Below are positions 9,403 through 18,800 of a stretch of 64,000 nucleotides of DNA, piece by piece; the stretch's first letter is position 1; every line of letters begins with the position of its first letter. The notes beneath the pieces were generated by a model. The model did not search any database. It was not told the DNA's origin and saw only the letters and a program-made list of their open reading frames with translations. This stretch comes from Candidatus Binatia bacterium (GTDB taxonomy: Bacteria; Desulfobacterota; Binatia; HRBIN30). Location of the stretch: positions 1 to 64,000 of the forward strand of contig JBBRSP010000015.1 of NCBI GenBank assembly GCA_038245295.1. The letters are read 5' to 3'. Both the position numbers and the translations under genes were made by a program.

Positions 9403-11322
9403 CTACGGGGCCGCATCCGCCGCCGGGCGATAGCCGAGGGCGCGCAGGCGTTCTTCGGTCGCCGCATCCACAGTATCAGCAGGGGCTCGGTCGGCGGACG
9501 AAATCGGTTTCTGACGACGATACTCGTCGAGCCACTCGCGCAGTTGCTCGGACTGCAAATCGATGGCGCTGGCCTCGACCAACTCCTCTTGATCACCCTC
9601 GCCGATATCGAAGAACTGCGCCCCACCGTCGAGCGGCGAGTCGAGAAGCTTGAATTCACCGTTGCGCACCATGACCATGTCCAACTGGCAATCACGCGGC
9701 TGCGCCCGACGCTTGCAAGCCCCCCAACCCGAAGTCAGCTCGGCGAAGGCCGGGCGTTCGGGTAGATGGTGGACCCGTCCGAGCAGGAGCGGCGCCAGCG
9801 AACGCCCATCGGGTGGCAACAACATCGGGACTTTCGCCAATTCGGCAAGCGTGGGGGCCACATCCACACTCTGCACGAGATCATCATAACGCCCTGGCTT
9901 GATACGCGTCTGCCAAACGAACGACAGCGGCACGTGCAGTGCCGTATCGAACAAGGTGTCGCCATGACCAAGGTAGCCGTGCTCATTGAACTCGTCGCCG
10001 TGGTCGGCGGTGATCGCCACGATACTCTGGTCGGCAGGGAAATGCCCCCGCAGCGCGTCCCACAGGGGCACGATCTGGCGGTCGAGGTAATTGACCTCAC
10101 CGGCGTAGAGAGCCCAGAGATGCCGCACGACGTCGTCCGCGATCAGCGATTTGCCGCTATTGTGGGCAAGCTCGGCGAGGCCACCAACGTACGCGTCGCC
10201 GAACGCCCCCTTGTAATCCGGAGTAATTGCCGCCGCGACGGCCTTGGCCTCGGCATCGCGCGGTGTGTAGGGCGTGTGCACCTCGTACGTATGCAGGAAG
10301 AGCAATACCGGTGGCCCCTTCACGTGGCGTCCCATCCACGCAATTGCGCGTTTGAAGGTACCGGCGGCGTCGCCCTGAAACTCTTCATTCGTCACGGGTT
10401 GACCGTCGTCGTAGCGATCAAAGCCGCGATCAAAGCCGAAATTCGAACCGACGAACGCATCCTCCGTGAAAGCGGCGGTGACATACCCGGCCGCCGCGAA
10501 GGCTTCCGCCAGCGTCGCCACGTTCACTATCGGGTCGGCCTCGCCGCACACCCCGTGGTGGCGCGGGTAGAGACCGGTGAGCAACGAGGCGTGCGAAACG
10601 AGCGTATTGGGATACTGCGCAAAGGTCTGCGCGAAAGCACCACCTTGCGCCAGGATCTGATCGAGGTTGCTGCTGATCGACTTGCCGGCGACAGTCGTTC
10701 CAAGAACACGCGCCGACAACGTATCGAGCGAAACCAGGACAACATTGGGCTGCGGGGCAATCGGCTGGAACCCGAGGCCGTGCTTCAAGCGCGCCAGCCA
10801 TCCCAACGACGGTTCGCCAACCAATCGCAGCGCCCCGATGAAGATCTCACTATCGTCGCCACCGACATCCCCGTACACCTCAAAGCGCAGTGCGCGGATG
10901 GATTCGCCCCTCTCCAGCCCAACAATCTTGTCGACCCAAACATTGCTCGCCTCGGCCACAGAAACACGCGCGCGCTCCTGCCACGTGCCGCCGGCCGTTT
11001 GCACCGCCAACCGAACGCCGCCCTCGTGAGGTACTCCCGTGTAGGCCACACTGAAGACGATCCGCGCCAGCGGCGAGCTCACCTTCACGTCAAAGATCGG
11101 GTACTGCGATAGACGCACCGCACTGCGCGTCGCCGGGCCGATCTTCTGCTTGGCGACCGCGATGCCTGGCGGTTCCGTCTGTAGCGCCGGCAGCCCCCCG
11201 AGACGCCCCAGCACTCGCACTTGAGATGGCGGCAACTTGCTGAACGCAACACGCGAGGTCAGCAATAAGCCACAACCAGAGAACACCAGGGTAATGACCG
11301 CAAATTTCAACGTCCGAGGCAT
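9403..11322 (-). CDS. Second Thr-type sulfatase-fold protein (paralog of 7338-9182)
   Basis: PNVVLVSLDTL, PNTLVSHASLLTG, HTYEVHTPY, TADHGDEF, LRALGY; start ATG 11322 just after upstream stop. Confidence 0.88.
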   Translation of the reverse strand: MPRTLKFAVITLVFSGCGLLLTSRVAFSKLPPSQVRVLGRLGGLPALQTEPPGIAVAKQKIGPATRSAVRLSQYPIFDVKVSSPLARIVFSVAYTGVPHEGGVRLAVQTAGGTWQERARVSVAEASNVWVDKIVGLERGESIRALRFEVYGDVGGDDSEIFIGALRLVGEPSLGWLARLKHGLGFQPIAPQPNVVLVSLDTLSARVLGTTVAGKSISSNLDQILAQGGAFAQTFAQYPNTLVSHASLLTGLYPRHHGVCGEADPIVNVATLAEAFAAAGYVTAAFTEDAFVGSNFGFDRGFDRYDDGQPVTNEEFQGDAAGTFKRAIAWMGRHVKGPPVLLFLHTYEVHTPYTPRDAEAKAVAAAITPDYKGAFGDAYVGGLAELAHNSGKSLIADDVVRHLWALYAGEVNYLDRQIVPLWDALRGHFPADQSIVAITADHGDEFNEHGYLGHGDTLFDTALHVPLSFVWQTRIKPGRYDDLVQSVDVAPTLAELAKVPMLLPPDGRSLAPLLLGRVHHLPERPAFAELTSGWGACKRRAQPRDCQLDMVMVRNGEFKLLDSPLDGGAQFFDIGEGDQEELVEASAIDLQSEQLREWLDEYRRQKPISSADRAPADTVDAATEERLRALGYRPAADAAP

Positions 11323-11327
11323 ATCAA

Positions 11328-13685
11328 CTACTCCGCAGGCAGGCACCGAAGACGCAGCAAGTCGCTGTCGTGGCGCACCCGCGGATCCGCCGTTGATGCC
11401 TTGAGCCGCAGGACACGCCCGCCGGGACCATAGCCGCCACGCGACGCGCGAAGCGGCACGGCGACGCTGGCGCGCGCGGTGCATAGCGGCGCCGTCAACG
11501 GCGGGTTGAAGAAGACGTAGCGGCCGGCACAACGACCGTTGCCCGTCGCCACCGGGTTATCGCAGTCAGACGACGCATCACAGGATTGGCCACGCACCGC
11601 TGCCGGGGCTGTGCAGGCGCCGTGAATCTGGCCATCCGCCCCGAACAGGGTTTGCTCGATCGACTGCCGAGCCGCGGCATCGACACTGCCGACAAGAGAC
11701 GCAACCTTGGGGCGCACCACTTCGATCGTCGCCAGAGTTGTCGCCGTGCATTGCGGCAAATTCGGGTCGGCTACATTGAAACAGGCGCCGACACGGAAGA
11801 GGCACTGGCCATCGCCGGCGGGCCCGTCATCGCAGATAGGATCACCATCGTGGCAGTCGATCCGTGTGGCGCGGCGCCCATCGCCGCGGCGCGCGGACGT
11901 CGGCGCCACGTCCCATTCGCTTAGGCAATCGCTCGCCTTCGGCCCGCCGCCGGCAATCAGCTCGCTATCGCGCGTCGGGCCGCGGAAACGAAACGCCCAA
12001 CGTGCCGCGCCCGTCGCCGTGGTCGGGATCGAGCCCAGATACTGGAACACACGCTGACCGGCACCGACCTCTGCTTCGTCCGCCTTGCTGCTCAGGTTGA
12101 AGGAGGACGCGACAAGGGGCGAGAAGGTGGCGCCGGCATCGGTCGATACCTCGACCGCTACGCCGCCATCCTCGACGAACAAATTGCCCAGATGAACCAC
12201 CGGCGCCACATAGGCAGCCGTAGTGCCGCCCGGGCGCACCGCGTCGAAGCGCAATGTGGCGCTGGAGCAACTATGGCCGACCGCCGCCGCGGCACACGCA
12301 ACACCGGTCGATGCGACAAGGTCATAGGCAGCGGTCGCCGGCTCGTAACCAAAGGCGCCGATCTCACCGTCTGTCGCGAACGCTCCTTCGAGAACCTCGC
12401 CGAATGGGTGGCGATAGTCGTCGGCCAACGGTTGGGCCTGCGCCACACTCTTGATCGAGGGCAATGTCGTAAGGCTTGCGGTGCTGCCCATCTGCGCCAG
12501 CAAGTGGCGGTGGTGCGCGGTATACGGACGCACGCCGACCTTGCCGAGTTGCGTGTAGGAGATGTCGGTGAACCCGACGTCGTTGAACGCGCCAAAGTGC
12601 GTGCCGGTCCATGGTTCGTAAAAGGCCAGCAGACTGCCCGCCGGCCGGCTTCGCGCCCAATGTGCAAGGACGACGTCGCCATCCAACGGCGGATTGACGC
12701 CACCGGTGGCGCGAAAGAACGTTCCGCAGCCATCGCCCGCTGGGTTATCCCAGATCGCATCGCCGGTGCTGCCGCCTTGCCAATTGGATGTCGCTGGATC
12801 GTGGCATTGCTGCGAAATGCTCGGGTCGCCGTCGGCGTGGATGGAGATCGTCTCCATATAGATGTGGTCGCGACGCACGACGTAATCGAGAGCGGCTCCG
12901 GCGGGCACCGGACTGGCGAGAATAAGCTGCGTCGGACTGAACCGTGCGGCGATACGAATCGGCCCCCACGCTCCGCTGGCGCTCTCGATGGTGTCGCCGG
13001 CCCACACGCCGCTGGCGCGGAAATCAGCGCCGCCCACGGCGTTCACCCACATCTCGAAACCGCAGCAACCTGGGGCGTCGACGCCCTTGCCACCGCCGCC
13101 GGGTCCGGAGTCCACCAAGGTACCGGCCGGATTTTCATTGGTCCGAAAGTCGATCGCCACCTTACCGGTCGGATAGAGGGTCCACACCGTCTCGGCATCG
13201 ATCCACATCAGCTCGGGAAACGGATTGCCGGCCGGCCCACCGCCGTTGTTGAGACGCGGGTGCCCCTTCTGCCGTAGTCGCAGGCGTGTTGAAGACTTCT
13301 CGAGGATGTCGACTTGCAGCGCGCCCGCATCGGCGTTGCTGCCCATGGTCGTCATGTGCTCGATCGCGTTTCCACCGCCAGTCCCGAGGTAGACGTCGTA
13401 GTCGAAAAGAACACCCTGACTGTAGTTGTAAACAGAGCGCGCCAGGTTGTCGGCGGCGCCGGGATCGGCGCGCAGGTCGTACCAGGCCGCTGGCCCGCCG
13501 TTGTAGGCGCGATCGAAAACGAGGCGCCAGTCGGTGGTCTCAGCACTCAGGCGGCCATCAGTTGCTAGAGAGTCGGTGACGTTGAGCGGCGCCGCCGCCG
13601 CAACACGCGCCATTGCTCCGAGGGACAAAACGAGACTGAACAGGCGTCGCGCGAGGTCGACGCGTCCGGGGGGTTTGGTGTTCAT
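11328..13685 (-). CDS. Large secreted protein of unknown function with C-terminal Cys domain shared with 309-3635
   Basis: Signal peptide; ATG overlaps MBOAT stop (TGATG); C-terminus CHDGDPICD...CLFRVGACFN...LRLRCLPAE. Confidence 0.75.
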   Translation of the reverse strand: MNTKPPGRVDLARRLFSLVLSLGAMARVAAAAPLNVTDSLATDGRLSAETTDWRLVFDRAYNGGPAAWYDLRADPGAADNLARSVYNYSQGVLFDYDVYLGTGGGNAIEHMTTMGSNADAGALQVDILEKSSTRLRLRQKGHPRLNNGGGPAGNPFPELMWIDAETVWTLYPTGKVAIDFRTNENPAGTLVDSGPGGGGKGVDAPGCCGFEMWVNAVGGADFRASGVWAGDTIESASGAWGPIRIAARFSPTQLILASPVPAGAALDYVVRRDHIYMETISIHADGDPSISQQCHDPATSNWQGGSTGDAIWDNPAGDGCGTFFRATGGVNPPLDGDVVLAHWARSRPAGSLLAFYEPWTGTHFGAFNDVGFTDISYTQLGKVGVRPYTAHHRHLLAQMGSTASLTTLPSIKSVAQAQPLADDYRHPFGEVLEGAFATDGEIGAFGYEPATAAYDLVASTGVACAAAAVGHSCSSATLRFDAVRPGGTTAAYVAPVVHLGNLFVEDGGVAVEVSTDAGATFSPLVASSFNLSSKADEAEVGAGQRVFQYLGSIPTTATGAARWAFRFRGPTRDSELIAGGGPKASDCLSEWDVAPTSARRGDGRRATRIDCHDGDPICDDGPAGDGQCLFRVGACFNVADPNLPQCTATTLATIEVVRPKVASLVGSVDAAARQSIEQTLFGADGQIHGACTAPAAVRGQSCDASSDCDNPVATGNGRCAGRYVFFNPPLTAPLCTARASVAVPLRASRGGYGPGGRVLRLKASTADPRVRHDSDLLRLRCLPAE

Positions 13686-15031
13686 CAGACGCCTCGCACA
13701 AGGCGCCCGATGATCACCCACGCCTTGTCGAGATCGCAGACGAACAGCACCCAGCCAACGCAGACGACGTGAAACGTGATCACCGCGCCGACGATGCGGC
13801 TCGGCACGCTGTTCCCAGGCTCACCCCAACCGAGGCGTAGGCGTTGCTTGCGATAGGCTTGATACAGATTGAGCAAAATTCCGTGGTACATGCCCCACAC
13901 CATGAAGTGGAAAGCGGCACCATGCCATAGCCCACATATCGTCATGGCAATAAATCTGTTGACGTAGGAACGCAGCTCGCCGCGGCGGTTGCCGCCGAGC
14001 GGGATGTAGAGATAGTCGGTGATCCACGAGGTCAAGGAAATGTGCCAGGAGCGCCAGAACTGCGCGATGTTGGCTTGCAGGTAGGGATAGTTGAAATTTT
14101 CCGGCACCGGATAGCCAAACAGCTTGGCGCTGCCGATGGCGATGTCCGAGTAGCCCGAGAAGTCGAAATAGATCTGCATGGCGTAGCCGTAGACGGCGAG
14201 CCACAGTTGCACCCAGGTGTAGGCGGCGGGATTGATGAACACCGGCGAGCACCACGGCGCAACACTGTCGGCGATGAGGGTCTTCTTCGCCAGGCCAAAC
14301 AGGATGCGTTCGAGTCCGTCCTGCACGTTGGCCGGATCGATCGGCCGTCGTGCGTAGTCTTGTGGATTGAACTGTTGGAAGCGTTTGATCGGGCCGCAGA
14401 TCAGGGTCGGGAAGAAGAAGATGAACAGTGCAAAGTCGCGCAAGCTCGCCGGCTTGAAGGTGCCGCGATACACCTCGATCAGATAGTGCACGTACTCGAA
14501 GATGAAGAACGAGATCGCCAGCGGCGCCTTCAGTTGCGGCGGCTCGATCTTCGTATGCAAGCCGACCGTGCCGGCGGCCCAGTTGAGCGCGTCGGCGAGA
14601 AAGCCCTGATACTTGTAGTAGGTCAGCAACCCGATGCACGCCGCAACGGCCACCGTGAATAACCAACGCCTGGCGGCACCCGCATCGATCGTCTCGCCGG
14701 CCTGGTCGGGCATCGGGGGTTGGGCGTAGGGCGCGAGCTCGACCAATTCCTCGCGCGCCCCCGTTGCCTCAGTCACGCCCGACGCCCGCCCCTTTACCCC
14801 GGACGAATCACCGGATTCACCACGGGCTTGAGAAGGTGCAATACGCCCCGCGACCCAGTAGACGGCCAGCATCGAGACGACGATCAGCGGCAGATGCGGC
14901 GGGTAATAGTAGGTGTAGAAGAAGCAGCCGAAGCCGATCAGCACCCACGGGCGCACGCGTTGCGGCGCCAGCCAATAGGCCAGCACCGACACCAGGAGAA
15001 ACAGCCCGTAGGTCCAGGTATTGAAAATCAT
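13685..15031 (-). CDS. MBOAT O-acyltransferase (AlgI/PatA/DltB family) lacking a C-terminal FIYxxF motif
   Basis: PLAISFFIF, FFPTLICGPIKR, QIYFDFSGYSDIAIG, PENFNYPY, FWRSWHISL, GLWHG catalytic His; ends GRLVRGV. Confidence 0.93.
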   Translation of the reverse strand: MIFNTWTYGLFLLVSVLAYWLAPQRVRPWVLIGFGCFFYTYYYPPHLPLIVVSMLAVYWVAGRIAPSQARGESGDSSGVKGRASGVTEATGAREELVELAPYAQPPMPDQAGETIDAGAARRWLFTVAVAACIGLLTYYKYQGFLADALNWAAGTVGLHTKIEPPQLKAPLAISFFIFEYVHYLIEVYRGTFKPASLRDFALFIFFFPTLICGPIKRFQQFNPQDYARRPIDPANVQDGLERILFGLAKKTLIADSVAPWCSPVFINPAAYTWVQLWLAVYGYAMQIYFDFSGYSDIAIGSAKLFGYPVPENFNYPYLQANIAQFWRSWHISLTSWITDYLYIPLGGNRRGELRSYVNRFIAMTICGLWHGAAFHFMVWGMYHGILLNLYQAYRKQRLRLGWGEPGNSVPSRIVGAVITFHVVCVGWVLFVCDLDKAWVIIGRLVRGV

Positions 15032-16158
15032 CGACGCTCCCGAGCGCGCTTCGCGAGCGCCTCTTCGATGGGATCGAGCAGTAATGCCGCCATTTTGGCT
15101 CGCCCGCCCGGATTCAGATGGATAGGATCACGCGTCTTGCCAAATTTCGGCGGCTGAAAGTCATCTCCCGACATCGCCGTCGTGTAGTCGCGCCAGACTA
15201 TCTGGTTCGATTCCGCCACGTGTTGGACGCGCGCCAGAAACCCTTCAAACAGCCCGGGGTCGGTCACGCGATCGCGTCCGATCGGATTGACCGGCCCAGC
15301 GTAGAGGACACACGCGGTCTGCGGGTGCTGGGCGCACAGCCGCCCGATGGTTTCGAGGCCATCCCAATTCGGATTGTCGAGGCTGTATTCGTCGGAACTC
15401 CAATCGACCGAACGCGGCTTGATGGGCGAAGCGCTCACTTTCGCACTCGCCGGCGGGGCGAGAGCGGGCCCCGAGGCAATACCGTAACTCTTGAGTTGCG
15501 TTTGAAGGGCTCCCCATAACCACAGCTTGAGCTGCGGGTGGTACGTGTACGTCGCCCACACGGAACCGACCAGCCCGGCAAACAGGTCGTCCGGGTTCGC
15601 TGTCTCCCACAATAGCCGGCTGCCGCCCGCCGAAACGCAACGCGCGAGGTCGGCAGCCGACTGTTGCCGGCCGATGCGTGTGGCGAAGGTGCCGGTGCGG
15701 CGCGGAAAGGCGCGGAATTGGACGCCGTACACAATCACGTCGACATCGGCGGCCATAAGTTTGTTGACGGTGAGGGCGGCATCGGTGGCGTAAAGACCGA
15801 TGACGCTAAAGTCGATGACGCGAAACGATCCGGCCCCGTAGGCACGGCAAAGCTCAGTTTCCAGCTGATACGGAATCATCGTCGTTTCGACGGCATCGAC
15901 GGAGTTCATGGTCGAATCGCCCACGGTCGCCACACGCAGCGCGCTACCGACGCGTTTGCCGAGAGCGTCATACAGGACGCGGAAGTTCTGGCCAGCGGTG
16001 CGATCACGTAGGGTGGCAAAGCCTGCGACGTAGTAGGCATGTACAAATCCCGGCACGAACCACAAGCGCACCGCCAGGTCGATCGCGGCAAGAACGACGA
16101 GCACGGCCAGCAACCGTGCCCGGAGACTCGGAGGATTCGAACGTGGCAACGGACCCAT
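15028..16158 (-). CDS. Membrane-anchored DltD/AlgJ-like SGNH-fold protein
   Basis: N-terminal TM, VGDSTMN, C-terminal DPIHLN (DxxH); ATGA overlap with MBOAT. Confidence 0.72.
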   Translation of the reverse strand: MGPLPRSNPPSLRARLLAVLVVLAAIDLAVRLWFVPGFVHAYYVAGFATLRDRTAGQNFRVLYDALGKRVGSALRVATVGDSTMNSVDAVETTMIPYQLETELCRAYGAGSFRVIDFSVIGLYATDAALTVNKLMAADVDVIVYGVQFRAFPRRTGTFATRIGRQQSAADLARCVSAGGSRLLWETANPDDLFAGLVGSVWATYTYHPQLKLWLWGALQTQLKSYGIASGPALAPPASAKVSASPIKPRSVDWSSDEYSLDNPNWDGLETIGRLCAQHPQTACVLYAGPVNPIGRDRVTDPGLFEGFLARVQHVAESNQIVWRDYTTAMSGDDFQPPKFGKTRDPIHLNPGGRAKMAALLLDPIEEALAKRARERR

Positions 16159-16620
16159 CTACTCTCGCGGCGCCAACGCGCCCCGTTCGGCGGTGGTGAA
16201 AGTCGGCACTTGCGAATAGTAGTTGCGGACGTCGATGAGGCGTCCTCCGCTCTCCGTCATCACCGTGACACCCGCCAAGCGCACCGTGCGCCCGCCCGCA
16301 TCCGACTGACGCGCCTGCCACTCCACGGCGATCACATGACCCTGCTGCACGACGCGGCGAACGATGTACTCTTGTTGGGGCCATTGTCGCCAGATGATTT
16401 CCAGCGCCCCTAGGAACGCTTGGCCGCTGAGCGGCCGCGGCGAGGCCGGGTCGAGATAGGCAGCACTGGGGCTCAGCAGACGTGCCAGGCCACCGCGGTC
16501 GCGCCGGTTCAGCGCCTCGAACCAGCGCTCACCGATCGTCTTGCCGCCACCACCCTGGCACGACGCCACGAAAAGCACCGCGGCAGCGAGCCACGTCGCG
16601 CTCTTGGCCCTTTGCTTCAT
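16159..16620 (-). CDS. NTF2/SnoaL-like putative lipoprotein
   Basis: VASC lipobox; LLSPSAAYLDP, IAVEW, VRNYY; start moved to ATG 16620. Confidence 0.7.
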   Translation of the reverse strand: MKQRAKSATWLAAAVLFVASCQGGGGKTIGERWFEALNRRDRGGLARLLSPSAAYLDPASPRPLSGQAFLGALEIIWRQWPQQEYIVRRVVQQGHVIAVEWQARQSDAGGRTVRLAGVTVMTESGGRLIDVRNYYSQVPTFTTAERGALAPRE

Positions 16621-16731
16621 ACGCCAGCCTTTGAGCAGAACCGCCGACGGGTTGGCAAGCATTCGTGACCGCCGCGAAGAACTTCGCGCAATAATTGACA
16701 ATGCGTTGCGGTTCGGCCTACCAATCCCCAA

Positions 16732-17811
16732 ATGCCTTCTTCCCGACCCATCGGCTTCGCCGTCCTCGGAGCCGGCCATTGGGGCCCCAACCATATCCGC
16801 GTGTTCAACTCGCTTCCATCAGCCCGGGTCGTTGGCGTCGCCGATGTCGATCGCGCCCGGTTGCAGGCGATCCAGACGCAGTACCCCAATGTGGAGGTCA
16901 CCGTCGATTGGAGGGAGTTGCTGGCGCGACCCGATATCGACGCCGTTGTGGTCGCCACGCCGGTTTCGACGCATCTAGAGTTGGTCCGGGAAGCGCTCCT
17001 TGCCGGCAAAGATGTCTTGGCGGAGAAGCCTCTCGCTTCGACGAGCCCCGAGTGCGAAAGCCTGACCGCCCTAGCTGCAAAGCTGGGTCGGATCCTGATG
17101 GTTGGGCACGTCTTCCTGTTCAACGCGGGGATCCTGAAATTGCGCGAAATCATCCGCGATGGTCGCCTCGGCGACCTCTATTACATTCATGCCACGCGCA
17201 CGAACCTGGGCCCCATCCGCCATGACACCAACGCCGTCGGCGACCTGGCGAGCCACGACATCGCGATTCTGAACTACCTCCTCGACGCCTCGCCCACGCA
17301 CGTCAGCGGCACGGGCATGAGCTACCTGCGCAGCACGCAGGAAGACGTCGCCTTCGTCAGTATGTTTTATCCCGGGCGCGTGATGGCCAACCTGCACGTC
17401 AGTTGGCTCGACCCCCTCAAGGTGCGGCGTATCACCGTGGTCGGCTCGAAGAAGATGGCGGTGTGGGACGAGCTCGCACCCCACGGACCGGTGGCGGTGC
17501 ACGCCAAACACGTTGCCCGCGAGCCCGTGGATCCGGGGCTTGCCAACTACGGCGACTTTCAGCTGCTCGTGCGTGAGGGGGAGATCAACATCCCGCTCGT
17601 TCACCAAACGGAACCGTTGCGAGTCCAGGCCTTGCAGTTCCTCGACGCGGTCGAGAGTCGATGCCTGAATATCAGCGATGGGACCTTCGGGCGCGATGTA
17701 GTCCGTGTCGTCGAGTGTATCAACGAGTCGATTCGCTTGGCCGGGACAACGGTCCGCCTATCCGAAGCGGGTACCCCCGCCGTCGACACCGAAGCGCCGC
17801 GGGGCCACTAG
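16732..17811 (+). CDS. Gfo/Idh/MocA oxidoreductase (WbpB/WlbA-like sugar 3-dehydrogenase)
   Basis: GAGHWG, VLAEKPL, MVGHVF, DLASHD, HVSWLDP. Confidence 0.9.
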   Translation: MPSSRPIGFAVLGAGHWGPNHIRVFNSLPSARVVGVADVDRARLQAIQTQYPNVEVTVDWRELLARPDIDAVVVATPVSTHLELVREALLAGKDVLAEKPLASTSPECESLTALAAKLGRILMVGHVFLFNAGILKLREIIRDGRLGDLYYIHATRTNLGPIRHDTNAVGDLASHDIAILNYLLDASPTHVSGTGMSYLRSTQEDVAFVSMFYPGRVMANLHVSWLDPLKVRRITVVGSKKMAVWDELAPHGPVAVHAKHVAREPVDPGLANYGDFQLLVREGEINIPLVHQTEPLRVQALQFLDAVESRCLNISDGTFGRDVVRVVECINESIRLAGTTVRLSEAGTPAVDTEAPRGH

Positions 17812-18800
17812 TGCAGCCGCTTCGAGTGCTCGTCACCAGCGCCGGCGCGGCACCGGCAATCGCCGTAATCAACGCCCTGAGGCAACAGCGTCGATATCCG
17901 GTGGTGATCGGCACCGTGGACATGCAGCCCTACTCCGTCGGCAAGCTGCTCGGTGACTGGCACGAGATGGTCCCCGCCGGGTCGAGCCCGGAGTACATCC
18001 CTGCCCTGCAGCAGATCTGCGCCAAACACGGCGTGCAGTACGTCTTCCCGATCATCGACGAGGAGTTGCTGGTCTGGGCCGACCACGCCGCCGCATTCGC
18101 CGCCGCGGGTGTGCATGTATTCATCAACCCACCGGAATGCGTCAGCGCGGCGCGCGACAAGCGCGCCACTCTTAGGCTCTGCGCCGAGAGGGCAATAGCC
18201 GCCCCGCGTGGCTACAGCGCCGAAGAAGCACTCGGTCTCGATCCAAAGCTCTTCCCGGTATTCGGCAAACCGCGCTTCGGCCGCGGATCCGTGGGAACGC
18301 GCCGGCTGAGCAATCCGCTGCAGGTGCGAGAGTTCCTGGACGAGCACGCCGATGGAGTCATCCAGGAGTTCCTGGTAGGTCCTGAATACACTGTCGATAT
18401 CATCCTTGATGACAAGGGGAAGCTGATCGGCGCCGTCCCAAAACGCCGCCTCGAGTTGAAGGCGGGCATGGCAACGCGTAGCCGCACCGAGAACGCTCCG
18501 GATGTGATCGAGTTGGCGACATGCATCGCGCGCGCCTTCCATGTGCGGGGTGCGGCGAATGTCCAATTGATGCGTGACGCAACCGGCTCTCTCAAGATGA
18601 TCGAACTCAACCCGAAGTTTGCAGCGAGCCTGCCGCTGACCGTCGCCGCCGGATTCAATATCCCGCAAATCCTGCTCGAGTTGGCGCGTGCCGAATATCA
18701 AGGCCCGCGCCCCATCCCCTTTACAGCGGACCTTCTCATGTTGCGCTGTTGGCAAGAGCACTTCGTCGATTGCCGCAACACACCGATGGGCCATGAGTAG
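17811..18800 (+). CDS. ATP-grasp domain protein (CPSase-like)
   Basis: VLVTSAG, PIIDEEL, DK, KPRFGRGS, QEFLVGPEYTVD, IELNPKF; GTG overlaps upstream TAG. Confidence 0.85.
   Translation: MQPLRVLVTSAGAAPAIAVINALRQQRRYPVVIGTVDMQPYSVGKLLGDWHEMVPAGSSPEYIPALQQICAKHGVQYVFPIIDEELLVWADHAAAFAAAGVHVFINPPECVSAARDKRATLRLCAERAIAAPRGYSAEEALGLDPKLFPVFGKPRFGRGSVGTRRLSNPLQVREFLDEHADGVIQEFLVGPEYTVDIILDDKGKLIGAVPKRRLELKAGMATRSRTENAPDVIELATCIARAFHVRGAANVQLMRDATGSLKMIELNPKFAASLPLTVAAGFNIPQILLELARAEYQGPRPIPFTADLLMLRCWQEHFVDCRNTPMGHE

Noticed and set aside
9766..11112. Long antisense ORFs (also 8184-9197, 12192-13277, 45541-46671, 52683-54041 and similar)
   Set aside because: Shadow frames of well-supported genes in GC-rich DNA; no motifs
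7338..16158. Calling the locus a true dlt (D-alanylation) operon
   Set aside because: No DltA adenylation enzyme or DltC carrier protein seen; MBOAT motifs look AlgI/PatA-like, so the acyl donor is undetermined
16695..16725. TTGACA upstream of the oxidoreductase (and another at 29891)
   Set aside because: No convincing -10 at correct spacing, so no promoter called
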